64,000 nt of DNA, taken from positions 2,643-66,642 of the forward strand of contig CAYICB010000003.1 of NCBI GenBank assembly GCA_964361825.1, given 5' to 3'. Shown in pieces: positions 47,941 through 57,026 of this stretch. Source of the stretch: an uncultured Candidatus Saccharibacteria bacterium (GTDB taxonomy: Bacteria > Patescibacteriota > Minisyncoccia > Phycocordibacterales > JACOZG01). Numbering within the stretch: the stretch's first letter is position 1; each line of letters begins with the position of its first letter. The notes under the pieces are model-generated. The model searched no databases and was not told where the DNA came from. It saw only the letters and a list, made by a program, of their open reading frames with translations. The translations under genes were made by a program, and so were the position numbers.

Positions 47941-48192
47941 ATGACCAGCCAAGTGGTATTCAAAATTGATAGTAAGTTGAAGCGCGCGGCTCAAAGCCAA
48001 GCTAAAGCCAGCGGTTTAACCTTGAGTGAGTGGTACAAACAAGCCACAGAATCTTTCTTGACCGCGCCAGAAATTCCGAATGCGAAAACCGCTCGCTCGC
48101 TTAAATCGGCCCTGAAAGATGTGAAATTAGGCCGGAACTTTTCCCCGTCTTTTGATAATATTGACGATATGATTGCGCATCTCGAAAAATGA
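47941..48192 (+). CDS. type II antitoxin, DinJ/RelB family
   Basis: 83 aa, RHH-like N-terminus; immediately precedes and overlaps a YafQ-like gene. Confidence 0.7.
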   Translation: MTSQVVFKIDSKLKRAAQSQAKASGLTLSEWYKQATESFLTAPEIPNAKTARSLKSALKDVKLGRNFSPSFDNIDDMIAHLEK

Positions 48193-48449
48193 TTGTTGAC
48201 TATCATCGCCTTTTTAAGAAAGATTGGAAACATTTACAACCTAAAGTTAAACAAGCATTTCGAGCGCGATTTCAAATTTTCAGGACCAACCCTTTTAATC
48301 CCATTTTAAGTAATCATAAACTCCAAGGATATTATGGTGGTTGTCGTAGTATTAATGTCACTGGTGATTACCGAGCAATTTTTGTTGAGGAAATGGATTC
48401 AATAAAGTTTTTACGGATTGGCACTCATGCTGAATTATATGGGAGATAA
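48189..48449 (+). CDS. type II toxin, YafQ/RelE family mRNA interferase
   Basis: HKLQGYYGGCRSINVTGDYRAIF..FLRIGTHAELYG aligns with YafQ. Confidence 0.8.
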   Translation: MIVDYHRLFKKDWKHLQPKVKQAFRARFQIFRTNPFNPILSNHKLQGYYGGCRSINVTGDYRAIFVEEMDSIKFLRIGTHAELYGR

Positions 48450-48468
48450 AAAACAAAAATTTTAAGAC

Positions 48469-49341
48469 ATGGAAGACCTTTTCGATCCAAGGAAGATAGA
48501 AAAAACTTGGGCATTAGAAAATGTAACCCAAGAAAGAGTTTTGCAACAAAACGAAGACCGATTGGTGGTTTTGTTTAACTCCGATCAAGGAAAGTTTGTT
48601 TGCAAAACAGCTAGTCCTTGGAAGACGGCCGTAGCACTTGAGAAAGACACTACTGTTTTCCAATTTTTACTGGAGCAAAATTTTTCTCATGCTCCTAAAT
48701 TTTTGTTGACCAAAAGCGGAAAAAGGTTTGCGGAACTAGACAGCAGGCTTGTTTATCTAATGGAATATGTCGAGGGGAAGAAGCCGGAAGCGACCGTCGA
48801 GACTTATCAGAAACTCGGGGCGATGACGGCGGAGCTGCATTTGCTAGAAAACTATCCCCATAAAACAGATTTCGATCCCGCAATAATTATTGCTACTAAT
48901 TTTCCCGATAACGCTAAGAAACCACCTTTTGGTGAAGAATATTTGAAAGTTGCGGCGACCTTGCCTAATTTTAGTGTTTTTTCTCAAACTCTTATTCATA
49001 CTGACATTGCTCCGGCCAATGCGATCGAGAAAGCAGACGGCTCTCTGACGCTTATTGATTGGGATGATGCTGGTGTTGGTTCGGCGGTGCTTGATTTGGG
49101 TTACCCCTTACTGTCTCAATTTACAACCGAAGATTTGGAGTTGAGGCCAGAATTAGCACGAGCCTTCTACGGAGCCTATCTGGCTAAACGAGAAATCACA
49201 GCCACAGAAAAGAAAGTTTTGTTTTCGGCCGGTTTATTTTTTGCTCTGATGTATCTGATTTATGGTGATACTACTAAGCGCTGGGAGAGACTCAACTGGG
49301 CGCTAAAACATCGAGAAGAGATTGAGGGGATGATTCCATAA
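48469..49341 (+). CDS. aminoglycoside/choline-kinase-like phosphotransferase (APH family)
   Basis: HTDIAPANAI (Brenner motif) and IDWDDAG. Confidence 0.75.
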   Translation: MEDLFDPRKIEKTWALENVTQERVLQQNEDRLVVLFNSDQGKFVCKTASPWKTAVALEKDTTVFQFLLEQNFSHAPKFLLTKSGKRFAELDSRLVYLMEYVEGKKPEATVETYQKLGAMTAELHLLENYPHKTDFDPAIIIATNFPDNAKKPPFGEEYLKVAATLPNFSVFSQTLIHTDIAPANAIEKADGSLTLIDWDDAGVGSAVLDLGYPLLSQFTTEDLELRPELARAFYGAYLAKREITATEKKVLFSAGLFFALMYLIYGDTTKRWERLNWALKHREEIEGMIP

Positions 49342-49554
49342 CAGTGGATAAGTAACTTGCGAGGGGGGTGAGGAGAGTTATAATAGATGGGAGGTTATTT
49401 GGAAGTGATCTAAGTTAATTTTTTAGGGAACTCACATAATTCTAGGCCGTGGTCTAGGATTGAGAGATCCCCCTTGGGTAAGCATCTCTTCCAATTAACC
49501 CCCAGAAGTTAAGCCCCGACGCGAGTCGGGGCTTAACTGTGTTAAAATGGCTCA

Positions 49555-50919
49555 ATGAAAATCACTTTTTGTGGTGGCGCCGGCACAGTCACCGGGTCCA
49601 ATTTTTTAGTTGAAGAATCGACGGGTGAGGGCAAGAAGTTTTTAGTGGATTGCGGTTTATTGCAGGGCGGCAAAATTTGCGAAGAAGACAATTTCAAACC
49701 TTTTGCTTATGACCCCAAAGATATTACGGCCATTTTTATTACTCACGCCCACATCGATCATATTGGCCGTTTGCCGCGCTTGGTGAAGCAAGGTTTCCGT
49801 GGCCAGATTTATTCTACGGCGCCCACCAAGGCGATTGCGGAATTAAATTTGCTCGATAGTTTGGGGGTGTTCCAAAAAGAGGCGCGGAAGAGTGGCCGCG
49901 AAGAATTGCTCTATCAAGAGGTTGATGTGGTTGAAACAATTAAACACTGGCAGACGGTAGAGTATCACGAAGCGATCAAATTTGCTGACCTCACGATTAG
50001 CTTGCTTAATGCGGGCCATATTTTGGGCTCGGCGATGGTCGTTTTTTCTCGTGGCGGCAAAAAATTGGTGTTTACTGGTGATTTGGGCAATTCTCCTACG
50101 CCGCTTTTACCAGATACGGAAATTATAAATGATGCTGACTATTTGGTAATGGAGAGTGTGTATGGTGACCGACTTCATGAGGCTAAAGCGGAGCGTAAGC
50201 GGCGCCTAGAGGCGGTAATTGAGGAGGTGGTGGGGCGGGGTGGAGTGCTGGTGATCCCCGCCTTCTCGATTGAACGCACCCAAGAACTATTATTTGAAAT
50301 TGAGGAGTTGATTGAACGCTCGCGGGTGCCGGTGGTGCCCGTTTTTCTCGACTCACCGCTTGCGATTAAGGTCACTCGGGTTTACCGCGATTATCTCGAT
50401 TTTCTCAACCTTTCCGCCCAAGAAAAAGATTCTTTGAGCGACGGCATTTTCCGTTTTCCTAATTTACACCAAACTTTAACGACCGAGGAATCCAAGGCCA
50501 TTTTGGGCTTACCGGATCCAAAAATTATTATTGCCGGTTCGGGGATGAGTAATGGCGGAAGAATTCTTCATCATGAGCGCCATTATTTGGGCGACCAGAA
50601 AAACGCTCTGCTTTTGGTGGGTTATCAGGCAGGAGGGAGTCTGGGGCGCTTATTGCTTGAGGGCGCTCGCTCGGTAAGAATTATGGGTGAGGAGGTGATG
50701 GTGGCGGCGCAAATTATTAATCTCACCGGCTATTCGGCCCACCGTGATTCTGATGGCCTATTTAACTTTGTGCGTCAAAGTGCCGACACCTTAAAACGGG
50801 TTTTTGTGGTTTTGGGTGAGCCCCGCTCCGCTTTGTTTTTGGTCCAGCGCTTGAGAGATTACTTGGGTCTTGAGGCCAGCGCGCCCCAAGCTGGCGAAAG
50901 TGTGGACTTGCCCTTATAA
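49555..50919 (+). CDS. MBL-fold beta-CASP ribonuclease (RNase J / CPSF-like)
   Basis: HAHIDHIG, beta-CASP motifs; 454 aa. Confidence 0.75.
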   Translation: MKITFCGGAGTVTGSNFLVEESTGEGKKFLVDCGLLQGGKICEEDNFKPFAYDPKDITAIFITHAHIDHIGRLPRLVKQGFRGQIYSTAPTKAIAELNLLDSLGVFQKEARKSGREELLYQEVDVVETIKHWQTVEYHEAIKFADLTISLLNAGHILGSAMVVFSRGGKKLVFTGDLGNSPTPLLPDTEIINDADYLVMESVYGDRLHEAKAERKRRLEAVIEEVVGRGGVLVIPAFSIERTQELLFEIEELIERSRVPVVPVFLDSPLAIKVTRVYRDYLDFLNLSAQEKDSLSDGIFRFPNLHQTLTTEESKAILGLPDPKIIIAGSGMSNGGRILHHERHYLGDQKNALLLVGYQAGGSLGRLLLEGARSVRIMGEEVMVAAQIINLTGYSAHRDSDGLFNFVRQSADTLKRVFVVLGEPRSALFLVQRLRDYLGLEASAPQAGESVDLPL

Positions 50920-50925
50920 TTTATC

Positions 50926-51513
50926 TTGATGAATAATCTTAAACACGCGCATCTCAAACTAAAGTTATGTGTTTCTGGCGCGGCCGAAACGGGTCACTGC
51001 GGTGAGGGGGCGATGGTTAAGGCCAAAGAACTCGGGCGAGAAATTGTGCGTCAGGGGGCAGTGATCGTTACCGGGGCGACTACCGGCTTTCCCTTGTGGG
51101 CGAGTATTGGGGCCAAAGAGGAGGGCGGAGTTTCGCTTGGTTTATCGCCCGCGATGAGCGAGCGCGACCATGTGAAGAATTATGGTTTGCCTCTCGATTA
51201 TCTTGATTTGGTAATTTATACCGGTGCGGGTTACTCGGGGCGTAATTTGCTGATGACGCGATCTTCAGATGCGGTGTTGGTGGGTTGCGGGCGGGTGGGC
51301 ACGATCAATGAGTTCTCGGTCGCTTTTGAAGACAAAAAGCCGATTGGTGTCTTGCAGGGGGCGTGGGAGACCGATGAGGTGATCCGCGATATCATGCAAA
51401 AAGGCCACCGCACCAATGAGTTGGTGGTCTTCGATAGTGACCCCAAGCATTTGGTGGAGAAAGTAATTAAACTAATTCAGACTAATAAGTATAAAGATCA
51501 GCGAATTTTATAA
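50926..51513 (+). CDS. Rossmann-fold protein, TIGR00725/LOG-like
   Basis: Gly-rich Rossmann motif and PGGxGTxxE-like region. Confidence 0.45.
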   Translation: MMNNLKHAHLKLKLCVSGAAETGHCGEGAMVKAKELGREIVRQGAVIVTGATTGFPLWASIGAKEEGGVSLGLSPAMSERDHVKNYGLPLDYLDLVIYTGAGYSGRNLLMTRSSDAVLVGCGRVGTINEFSVAFEDKKPIGVLQGAWETDEVIRDIMQKGHRTNELVVFDSDPKHLVEKVIKLIQTNKYKDQRIL

Positions 51514-51521
51514 ACGAGAAA

Positions 51522-51866
51522 TTATTTTACCGAAGCCACAATTTTTTCAAAAATGGCGGGGTGATTCATGGCAAAACCAGATAAGATTTTGCGATCAAGA
51601 GCGATGTTTTTGACCTTGAGAATATTGATAAAGCGCGAGTAAGTGAGGCCGAGCGGACGGAGGGCGGCATTAAGTCTAATGGTCCAAAGGCGGCGAAAAT
51701 CATTCTTTTTATCGCGCCGGTGGGCAAAGGCGTGTTGGCCGGCCTTAAGGAGCGCCGTGCGCGCCTCGCGCTCTTTCTTAGAGCGGCCAAAGCGAAAGCC
51801 CTTGGCGTCTTTTAGCACTTGGCGCCGGCGTTTATTGGCAATCGTTCCGCGTTTTACTCTAGGCAT
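51522..51866 (-). CDS. rplT: 50S ribosomal protein L20
   Basis: MPRVKRG N-terminus. Confidence 0.95.
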   Translation of the reverse strand: MPRVKRGTIANKRRRQVLKDAKGFRFGRSKKEREARTALLKAGQHAFAHRRDKKNDFRRLWTIRLNAALRPLGLTYSRFINILKVKNIALDRKILSGFAMNHPAIFEKIVASVK

Positions 51867-51878
51867 AGTGGTTATAAA

Positions 51879-52070
51879 CTACCTTACGGGGAGCATCCGC
51901 GTCAAGGTTTTGCGCTTAATTTGCACTTTGATTGGCCGCTTGCCCGCTAATTGCTTGGAGCGACTCGCCTTGGCATTGAAGTGGTCTTGACCCGACTTGC
52001 GACCCAGCACCTTGCCGTTCTTGGTAAATTTTAGCCGTTTACTAAAGGATTTATTGGTTTTGATACTCAT
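51879..52070 (-). CDS. rpmI: 50S ribosomal protein L35
   Basis: 63 aa, basic, operon position. Confidence 0.9.
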   Translation of the reverse strand: MSIKTNKSFSKRLKFTKNGKVLGRKSGQDHFNAKASRSKQLAGKRPIKVQIKRKTLTRMLPVR

Positions 52071-52100
52071 GTTTATTTTTTTTATGGTAAATTCGTCGAA

Positions 52101-52613
52101 TTATTTAGCTCTTTCGATAATTAAACTGGGGCCACGCGGACCGCTTTGGATTGGCGAGGCAATTTGGTAATTCTCGGAAATAAAGCGGAGCAAGCGCCCG
52201 AGCCTTTCTTCTAAAAACTTTTTATCAAAGTATTTGGCCCGACCAGAGAGGAAGAGTTCTACCTTCACGCGGTGACCCTCGCGCAGGAATTCCGAAATTT
52301 TGCCCGCTTTAATCTCTAGATCATGATCGCCAGTGCCAATTTTGGCCTGAATCGATTTGACCTCGCCGCTTGCTCCCTTGGGCTTAGTCTGCTTGGTTTT
52401 TTTATTTTCGAGATACTGATACTTGCCGAAGTCCATAATTTTGGCCACGGGCGGATTGGCCGTGGGTGAGATCTCAATGAGATCAAGGCCCGAGGCATCA
52501 GCTTGGCGCAGGGCTTCGCTAAGAGAGATGACCCCAAAATTATCACCATTCTCTCCGATGACTCGGAGTTCCGGTGACTTGATTTGATGATTAATTCTAA
52601 TCCGGTCTTTCAC
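52101..52613 (-). CDS. infC: translation initiation factor IF-3
   Basis: RINHQIKSPELRVIGENG.. N-domain and C-domain. Confidence 0.9.
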   Translation of the reverse strand: MKDRIRINHQIKSPELRVIGENGDNFGVISLSEALRQADASGLDLIEISPTANPPVAKIMDFGKYQYLENKKTKQTKPKGASGEVKSIQAKIGTGDHDLEIKAGKISEFLREGHRVKVELFLSGRAKYFDKKFLEERLGRLLRFISENYQIASPIQSGPRGPSLIIERAK

Positions 52614-52737
52614 TCGTTAGTGCTGGTATGGTAATCGGTTTTGCCACAAAAGTCAAATCTTGCTAGGCTGGGTATGGCTATTGGTTCTCTGAGGCAAAAT
52701 TGCTCTTTATAATCATCAAGAAAGGAGGTGATTTAAG

Positions 52738-52953
52738 GTGGTTAAATTCTGGAACCCTAAAACCGAATGGGAAGAAGCCAAAAAGTATTATGGCTTTACT
52801 GATGAGGAGGCCGCAATGTACTTCTACAGCCAGAGCCTGCTTCCGGAGGGCAAAAAGCGTTTCTTGCCTTCTGTTGGGCAACGGGCCGAGGTTTGGGAGC
52901 TAGCTCAGGCTAGAATTAGGCGCAAGAGACCGGGAGGTGGCGTCGATGATTAA
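52738..52953 (+). CDS. hypothetical 71-aa protein (GTG start, SD AAAGGAGG)
   Basis: good SD; 3' end lies in the left copy of the direct repeat. Confidence 0.4.
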   Translation: MVKFWNPKTEWEEAKKYYGFTDEEAAMYFYSQSLLPEGKKRFLPSVGQRAEVWELAQARIRRKRPGGGVDD

Positions 52954-53018
52954 GGGGCGAGTGAAGAAGAAAAAAAGCCGTTTGTTGGTTAACCCCCAAC
53001 CTACGGCTTTTTGATTTT
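52931..53018 (+). repeat. direct repeat, left copy (SD + 22-codon Lys-rich ORF + terminator hairpin)
   Basis: 53-nt identical core GAAGAAAAAAAGCCGTTTGTTGGTTAACCCCCAACCTACGGCTTTTTGATTTT shared with 53697-53751. Confidence 0.85.
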
Positions 53019-53640
53019 TATGACAGACAAATCAAATGTGGACACATCACTAAGGTCGTCTTGGTTGGGCACAACAAGATCGATCGTGGTAGCATTGAAT
53101 AACTTCAAAAAAATGACTGTCGCTTTATCACTCATCCCTCCCGAACGGATCGAGAAAATAATTTTGGTAATCCGCAACCAACGAGTGATTATCGATACTG
53201 ATCTGGCCGCCCTGTACGGGGTAACCACCAAGCGACTCAATGAACAGGCCAAGCGTAACCGTGATCGTTTTCCCGCCGATTTCATGTTTCATTTGACCGT
53301 TAATGAGTGGGCCAACTTGAAGTCGCAATTTGCGACCTCAAGTGCTGACCATGGTGGTCGTCGTACTCTTCCGTTTGTGTTTACCGAACATGGCGCTATC
53401 ATGGCTGCCAATATTCTCAATAGCCCCGTGGCGGTCAAAGCGAGCATTCAGGTTGTGCGCGCCTTCGTCCGTCTACGGCGAATGCTAATTGATAACGCCG
53501 AGCTCGCGAAGAAGCTGTTTTCCCTCGAAGCGAAGTACGATGACCAGTTCAAGGTCGTGTTCCGGGCGATCCGTGAGCTGATGACGCCACCACCGGAGCC
53601 GGATAAGCCGAAAATTGGGTTTCGGGTGGATAATAAATAG
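53011..53640 (+). CDS. ORF6N-domain protein (phage/mobile-element-associated, KilA-N-related); alternative start at 53113
   Basis: VIIDTDLAALYGVTTKRLNEQAKRNRDRFPADFMFHLT..ATSS..GGRR matches ORF6N domain. Confidence 0.7.
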   Translation: MIFMTDKSNVDTSLRSSWLGTTRSIVVALNNFKKMTVALSLIPPERIEKIILVIRNQRVIIDTDLAALYGVTTKRLNEQAKRNRDRFPADFMFHLTVNEWANLKSQFATSSADHGGRRTLPFVFTEHGAIMAANILNSPVAVKASIQVVRAFVRLRRMLIDNAELAKKLFSLEAKYDDQFKVVFRAIRELMTPPPEPDKPKIGFRVDNK

Positions 53641-53660
53641 TTGGCCATTTGGGAAAATGC

Positions 53661-53751
53661 AAAGGAGGAAAGGTGATGACCCGGGCGAAGCGAGTTAGGA
53701 AGAAAAAAAGCCGTTTGTTGGTTAACCCCCAACCTACGGCTTTTTGATTTT
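53661..53751 (+). repeat. direct repeat, right copy (SD + 23-codon Lys-rich ORF + terminator hairpin)
   Basis: same 53-nt core plus weaker upstream similarity; stem AAGCCGT/ACGGCTT then TTTTTGATTTTTT. Confidence 0.85.
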
Positions 53752-53815
53752 TTGTGGCAAGGCTTAGCCTTGTTGAGATGACTTGAATTGCCCGATTTAA
53801 TCAATGTGATCAATA

Positions 53816-55435
53816 TTAATCCCCAATGTATTCTACCGAATTACTAAACAGATCGAACGCGGATTCAATCTGCCCTCTCGAATTAGTTGTATACCCGCCA
53901 ACACTAATTGAAACGATCTTATTTGGAGTAGCAAAATCAAATGAGCGAACTAGCCAATCGCCCTTACTGGTTGTGAGTGTGTTCCAATATGAAACAAAGG
54001 GTACTTCTGTGTCTAGATTTATCCCACTCTCATCCTCAATAAACTCTATGTGCTCACTCGATTTTTGAACGATTTTTGTTAAATCATCGAGTGTTGCATG
54101 CTTGCTTTCTGGTAGATTAATAAAACTAATTAGATAGCGAAAACCGTCATTACTATACACATCATAAAAAACAAAGTTTTCATTCTCGGTACGCACGGGT
54201 TTATCAGGAAAACCAACGCTCCACCCCTCTTTTAAACTATAAGTTTTCCACCCCACAGACCCATGGTTCTCTGTTTGGTCTAAATCTCCTTCGGTAGAGA
54301 TGTGTTTAATTTCTCCAAAGTTATTTCCAAGAATGTTTTCCATTTCTGACAATGCCTCCTCCTGTGCCCTGACCGTTACGTCGGCAACAATAATTACTCG
54401 CTTTTCGTTACCCCTCTGGTCGGTGAATGAAAGGTATGGCAAACCTACCGGTTCGTCACTGAAAAATTTTGATAAGTAGTCATTGAGTTCACGGGAATTA
54501 TTACAGGAATCAGATTTAACAACGAAATTTGATTTGTAATTCTCTATGTCTAGTTCCCTCACAATATTGCACTGTTCTAGGTTTTCTAAACGAGTTATTA
54601 CCCCAAGTTTGTCTGACAAAATAACAACGCTATAGTAGTAACTACTCTGATTAATCCGTGCAACAATACCCAAATATGCAATATAACCAGAAACGCCAAG
54701 TAATAGTATCAGTATAATAGTGAGTAGGGTCGTGTTTTTCGGCCTTTCGGGTTTTACAGTCAGTTGTTCTTCCTTAGAAACATTGTGTGGCAAAGTATAT
54801 TCCTCATTTTTAAATTTATAAAACAGATAGATTGACCCAGCAACGGCCAAAACTAGTGTGGCTAGACCGAACTCAACATTCGTAATATCTGTCACATGTA
54901 GCGAAATGTTAAATAAACTGTGAACAAGTACTGCCAAAATAAATCCTTTGAAAAATAATTTAGTTCTCTCTTTCTCGCCTCTAAACCATAATAATCCCCA
55001 GTAGAAACCAAAAATACCTGAGGTTGCCAAATGCATAAGTGTTGTGGCAATCGCGCGAAGGCCAAATGTATTCAATACATCTGTCCAAATAAATATAGAA
55101 TTGAACCCCAAACTATGGTTCATTTGATAGGACTCATAGAAGTATTTGAAATTCTCAACAAAAGCAAAAGCTGCTGCCGCTACCACCATATAAATGATCC
55201 CGTCAACAATTTGAGTAAAATACTTTTTATTCCTTTGAACGACCGTTTTAGCAATCCAGTACTTAACAAATTCCTCGATCGGAGCAACAAGAAAAAACGT
55301 TGAGATAACGCTCAGCCAAATTAATTTCGCAGTAGTGTCTGGTGAACTAAATAAATACTGCTCCCCAATACTTTCTGCAATATATGTCACTGGGAGTGCC
55401 AGAATTACGCCGAGAAGAAAGATCTTCAAAAGCAA
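53816..55435 (-). CDS. PrsW-family intramembrane protease fused to a large extracytoplasmic domain
   Basis: PrsW motifs EEFVKY, FAFVEN, H..G in the TM region; AT-rich codon usage unlike neighbours. Confidence 0.65.
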   Translation of the reverse strand: MLLKIFLLGVILALPVTYIAESIGEQYLFSSPDTTAKLIWLSVISTFFLVAPIEEFVKYWIAKTVVQRNKKYFTQIVDGIIYMVVAAAAFAFVENFKYFYESYQMNHSLGFNSIFIWTDVLNTFGLRAIATTLMHLATSGIFGFYWGLLWFRGEKERTKLFFKGFILAVLVHSLFNISLHVTDITNVEFGLATLVLAVAGSIYLFYKFKNEEYTLPHNVSKEEQLTVKPERPKNTTLLTIILILLLGVSGYIAYLGIVARINQSSYYYSVVILSDKLGVITRLENLEQCNIVRELDIENYKSNFVVKSDSCNNSRELNDYLSKFFSDEPVGLPYLSFTDQRGNEKRVIIVADVTVRAQEEALSEMENILGNNFGEIKHISTEGDLDQTENHGSVGWKTYSLKEGWSVGFPDKPVRTENENFVFYDVYSNDGFRYLISFINLPESKHATLDDLTKIVQKSSEHIEFIEDESGINLDTEVPFVSYWNTLTTSKGDWLVRSFDFATPNKIVSISVGGYTTNSRGQIESAFDLFSNSVEYIGD

Positions 55436-55551
55436 TTTGCGCGGTTCAGGTTCTCGGTAGTCCTTTCTTAGAAATATAATGAGCCAAAATAAACTGGGCA
55501 GGAGAGCTAAAATTAGAAGAAAAAAATTGTCATTGTTATATTATAATCCTA

Positions 55552-55857
55552 TTACTCTGACCTTTTTCTGTTTGATATTCCCTCCTCGTGTTGTTTTACG
55601 AGCTTCTTGTAAATAAAGTGATTGGCTACAAGGATAAGAACTATGACCACAACAAGAGCTGAGGCATTATCAATAATTGTAATATCATTGATGTTTATTC
55701 TTTCAGACCCGACATTGTATCCGTAAATTAAACCTACAATGAAAGACAGTACCCAAGCAATGGGCTTAAAGAGGATTATTACTACTAAATATTCTTTCCA
55801 CGAATTTCCAAAGGTTATCTTAGGTTTCCAGCCATCACTTGCTCTATATTTTTTCAT
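55552..55857 (-). CDS. small two-TM membrane protein, hypothetical
   Basis: 101 aa, AT-rich, two hydrophobic helices. Confidence 0.4.
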   Translation of the reverse strand: MKKYRASDGWKPKITFGNSWKEYLVVIILFKPIAWVLSFIVGLIYGYNVGSERININDITIIDNASALVVVIVLILVANHFIYKKLVKQHEEGISNRKRSE

Positions 55858-56145
55858 ATTAATTTTTTATTTTGCCAACAAACACAAAAAGCCCACCGCC
55901 AGGCGACAACCTTTCGGTCGTCCACACCTCTTTCGAAGCGTGACCAATCACGGTGAACCTAGACGATGGGTTCTTTACCCGTGATTGGTTTTTTAAGCCA
56001 TGCCCAACTAAACAGTTGGGTTTAGGCCATTATTAAATTGTGCTTACAATTTAGCATTAAATTCGCACAGAGAAAACAACCCGTATCAATTATATGATCG
56101 AGTGGTTTACCATGAGCGAGTTCGTCTTTCAACGAACGAGTCGAA

Positions 56146-56524
56146 TGGAGATGCCGGGAATCGAACCCGGGTGCAGAAAGAGATCTCAAGTAGGTCTACA
56201 AGCGTAGTTGGTTTGGTGTTGTCGGGAGTGGCATAGAAAGCCAACAAAAACGCACACCCCGTAGCTCTAGGTTTTCGTCTCTCGCCTCGAGCGCGGGCGG
56301 GAGCTTATTCCGAATTTATGACACCACTTTGATCTTATCGGAAGTCAGACCAAGTGATGTCGCTTAGGCTAAAGCGTAAGCGAAAGGAAGAGGATATGGC
56401 GAAGCCACACCTTCTCCCTCGTTAGATAAGTTGGCACTTATCAGTGTGCCGCGGTTTTACGAGTGGGCGGCAACTCGGCTTGCATAGCAAGAGAGTGATC
56501 CTTCTGTCGAAGCCAATCATCCCC
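56146..56524 (-). ncRNA. ssrA: tmRNA (SsrA)
   Basis: 5' GGGGATGATTGGCTTCGACAG; 3' T-arm CCCGGGTTCGATTCCCGG + acceptor CATCTCC with G3:U70 (Ala identity); internal frame ends ..PFAYALA-TAA; immediately downstream of smpB. Confidence 0.88.
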
Positions 56525-56533
56525 TTATGTAAA

Positions 56534-56980
56534 TTAACTTTTCAATGATCTTTCGATCTGTCTTTTGGCCTCGCGCTTTTTAATGCTTTCGCGCTTGTCG
56601 TGCGTTTTTTTGCCGCGAGCGAGGCCAATTTCCAGCTTGAGCTGGTTCCGCTTACTATACAGTGATAATGGAATTATTGTCAAGCCGCGTTCATTGGTTT
56701 TGCTGGCCAGTTCCTTCAATTCTTTCTCATTGAGAAGCAATTTGCGTCGTCGCTCGGGCTTATAATCCTCGGGTGTATTGCCGGGCTGATAGGGGGCGAT
56801 GGTGGCGCCCACCAAGTAAGCTTCGCCGTTTTCGAAACTGATATAACTGCCGGCCAGCGAGGCGCCGCGACCGCTTTTAAGCGATTTGACCTCAAGGCCG
56901 AGCAAAACCAAACCCGCCTCCCATTTCTCAAGGATTTCGTAGTCGAAAGTGGCTTTTTGATTGCGAATCGCGGTGGCCAT
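56534..56980 (-). CDS. smpB: SsrA-binding protein SmpB
   Basis: SmpB family sequence (IAENRKA.., basic C-terminal tail). Confidence 0.9.
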   Translation of the reverse strand: MATAIRNQKATFDYEILEKWEAGLVLLGLEVKSLKSGRGASLAGSYISFENGEAYLVGATIAPYQPGNTPEDYKPERRRKLLLNEKELKELASKTNERGLTIIPLSLYSKRNQLKLEIGLARGKKTHDKRESIKKREAKRQIERSLKS

Positions 56981-57026
56981 TGTCAGATTCTAGCATTTTC
57001 TCTAACTTTCATTATAATCAGGTCGC

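Noticed and set aside
53755-53815. CAAGGCTTAGCCTTG hairpin as terminator of the PrsW-like gene
   Set aside because: Not followed by a U-run in either orientation; could be structural but is not a convincing intrinsic terminator.
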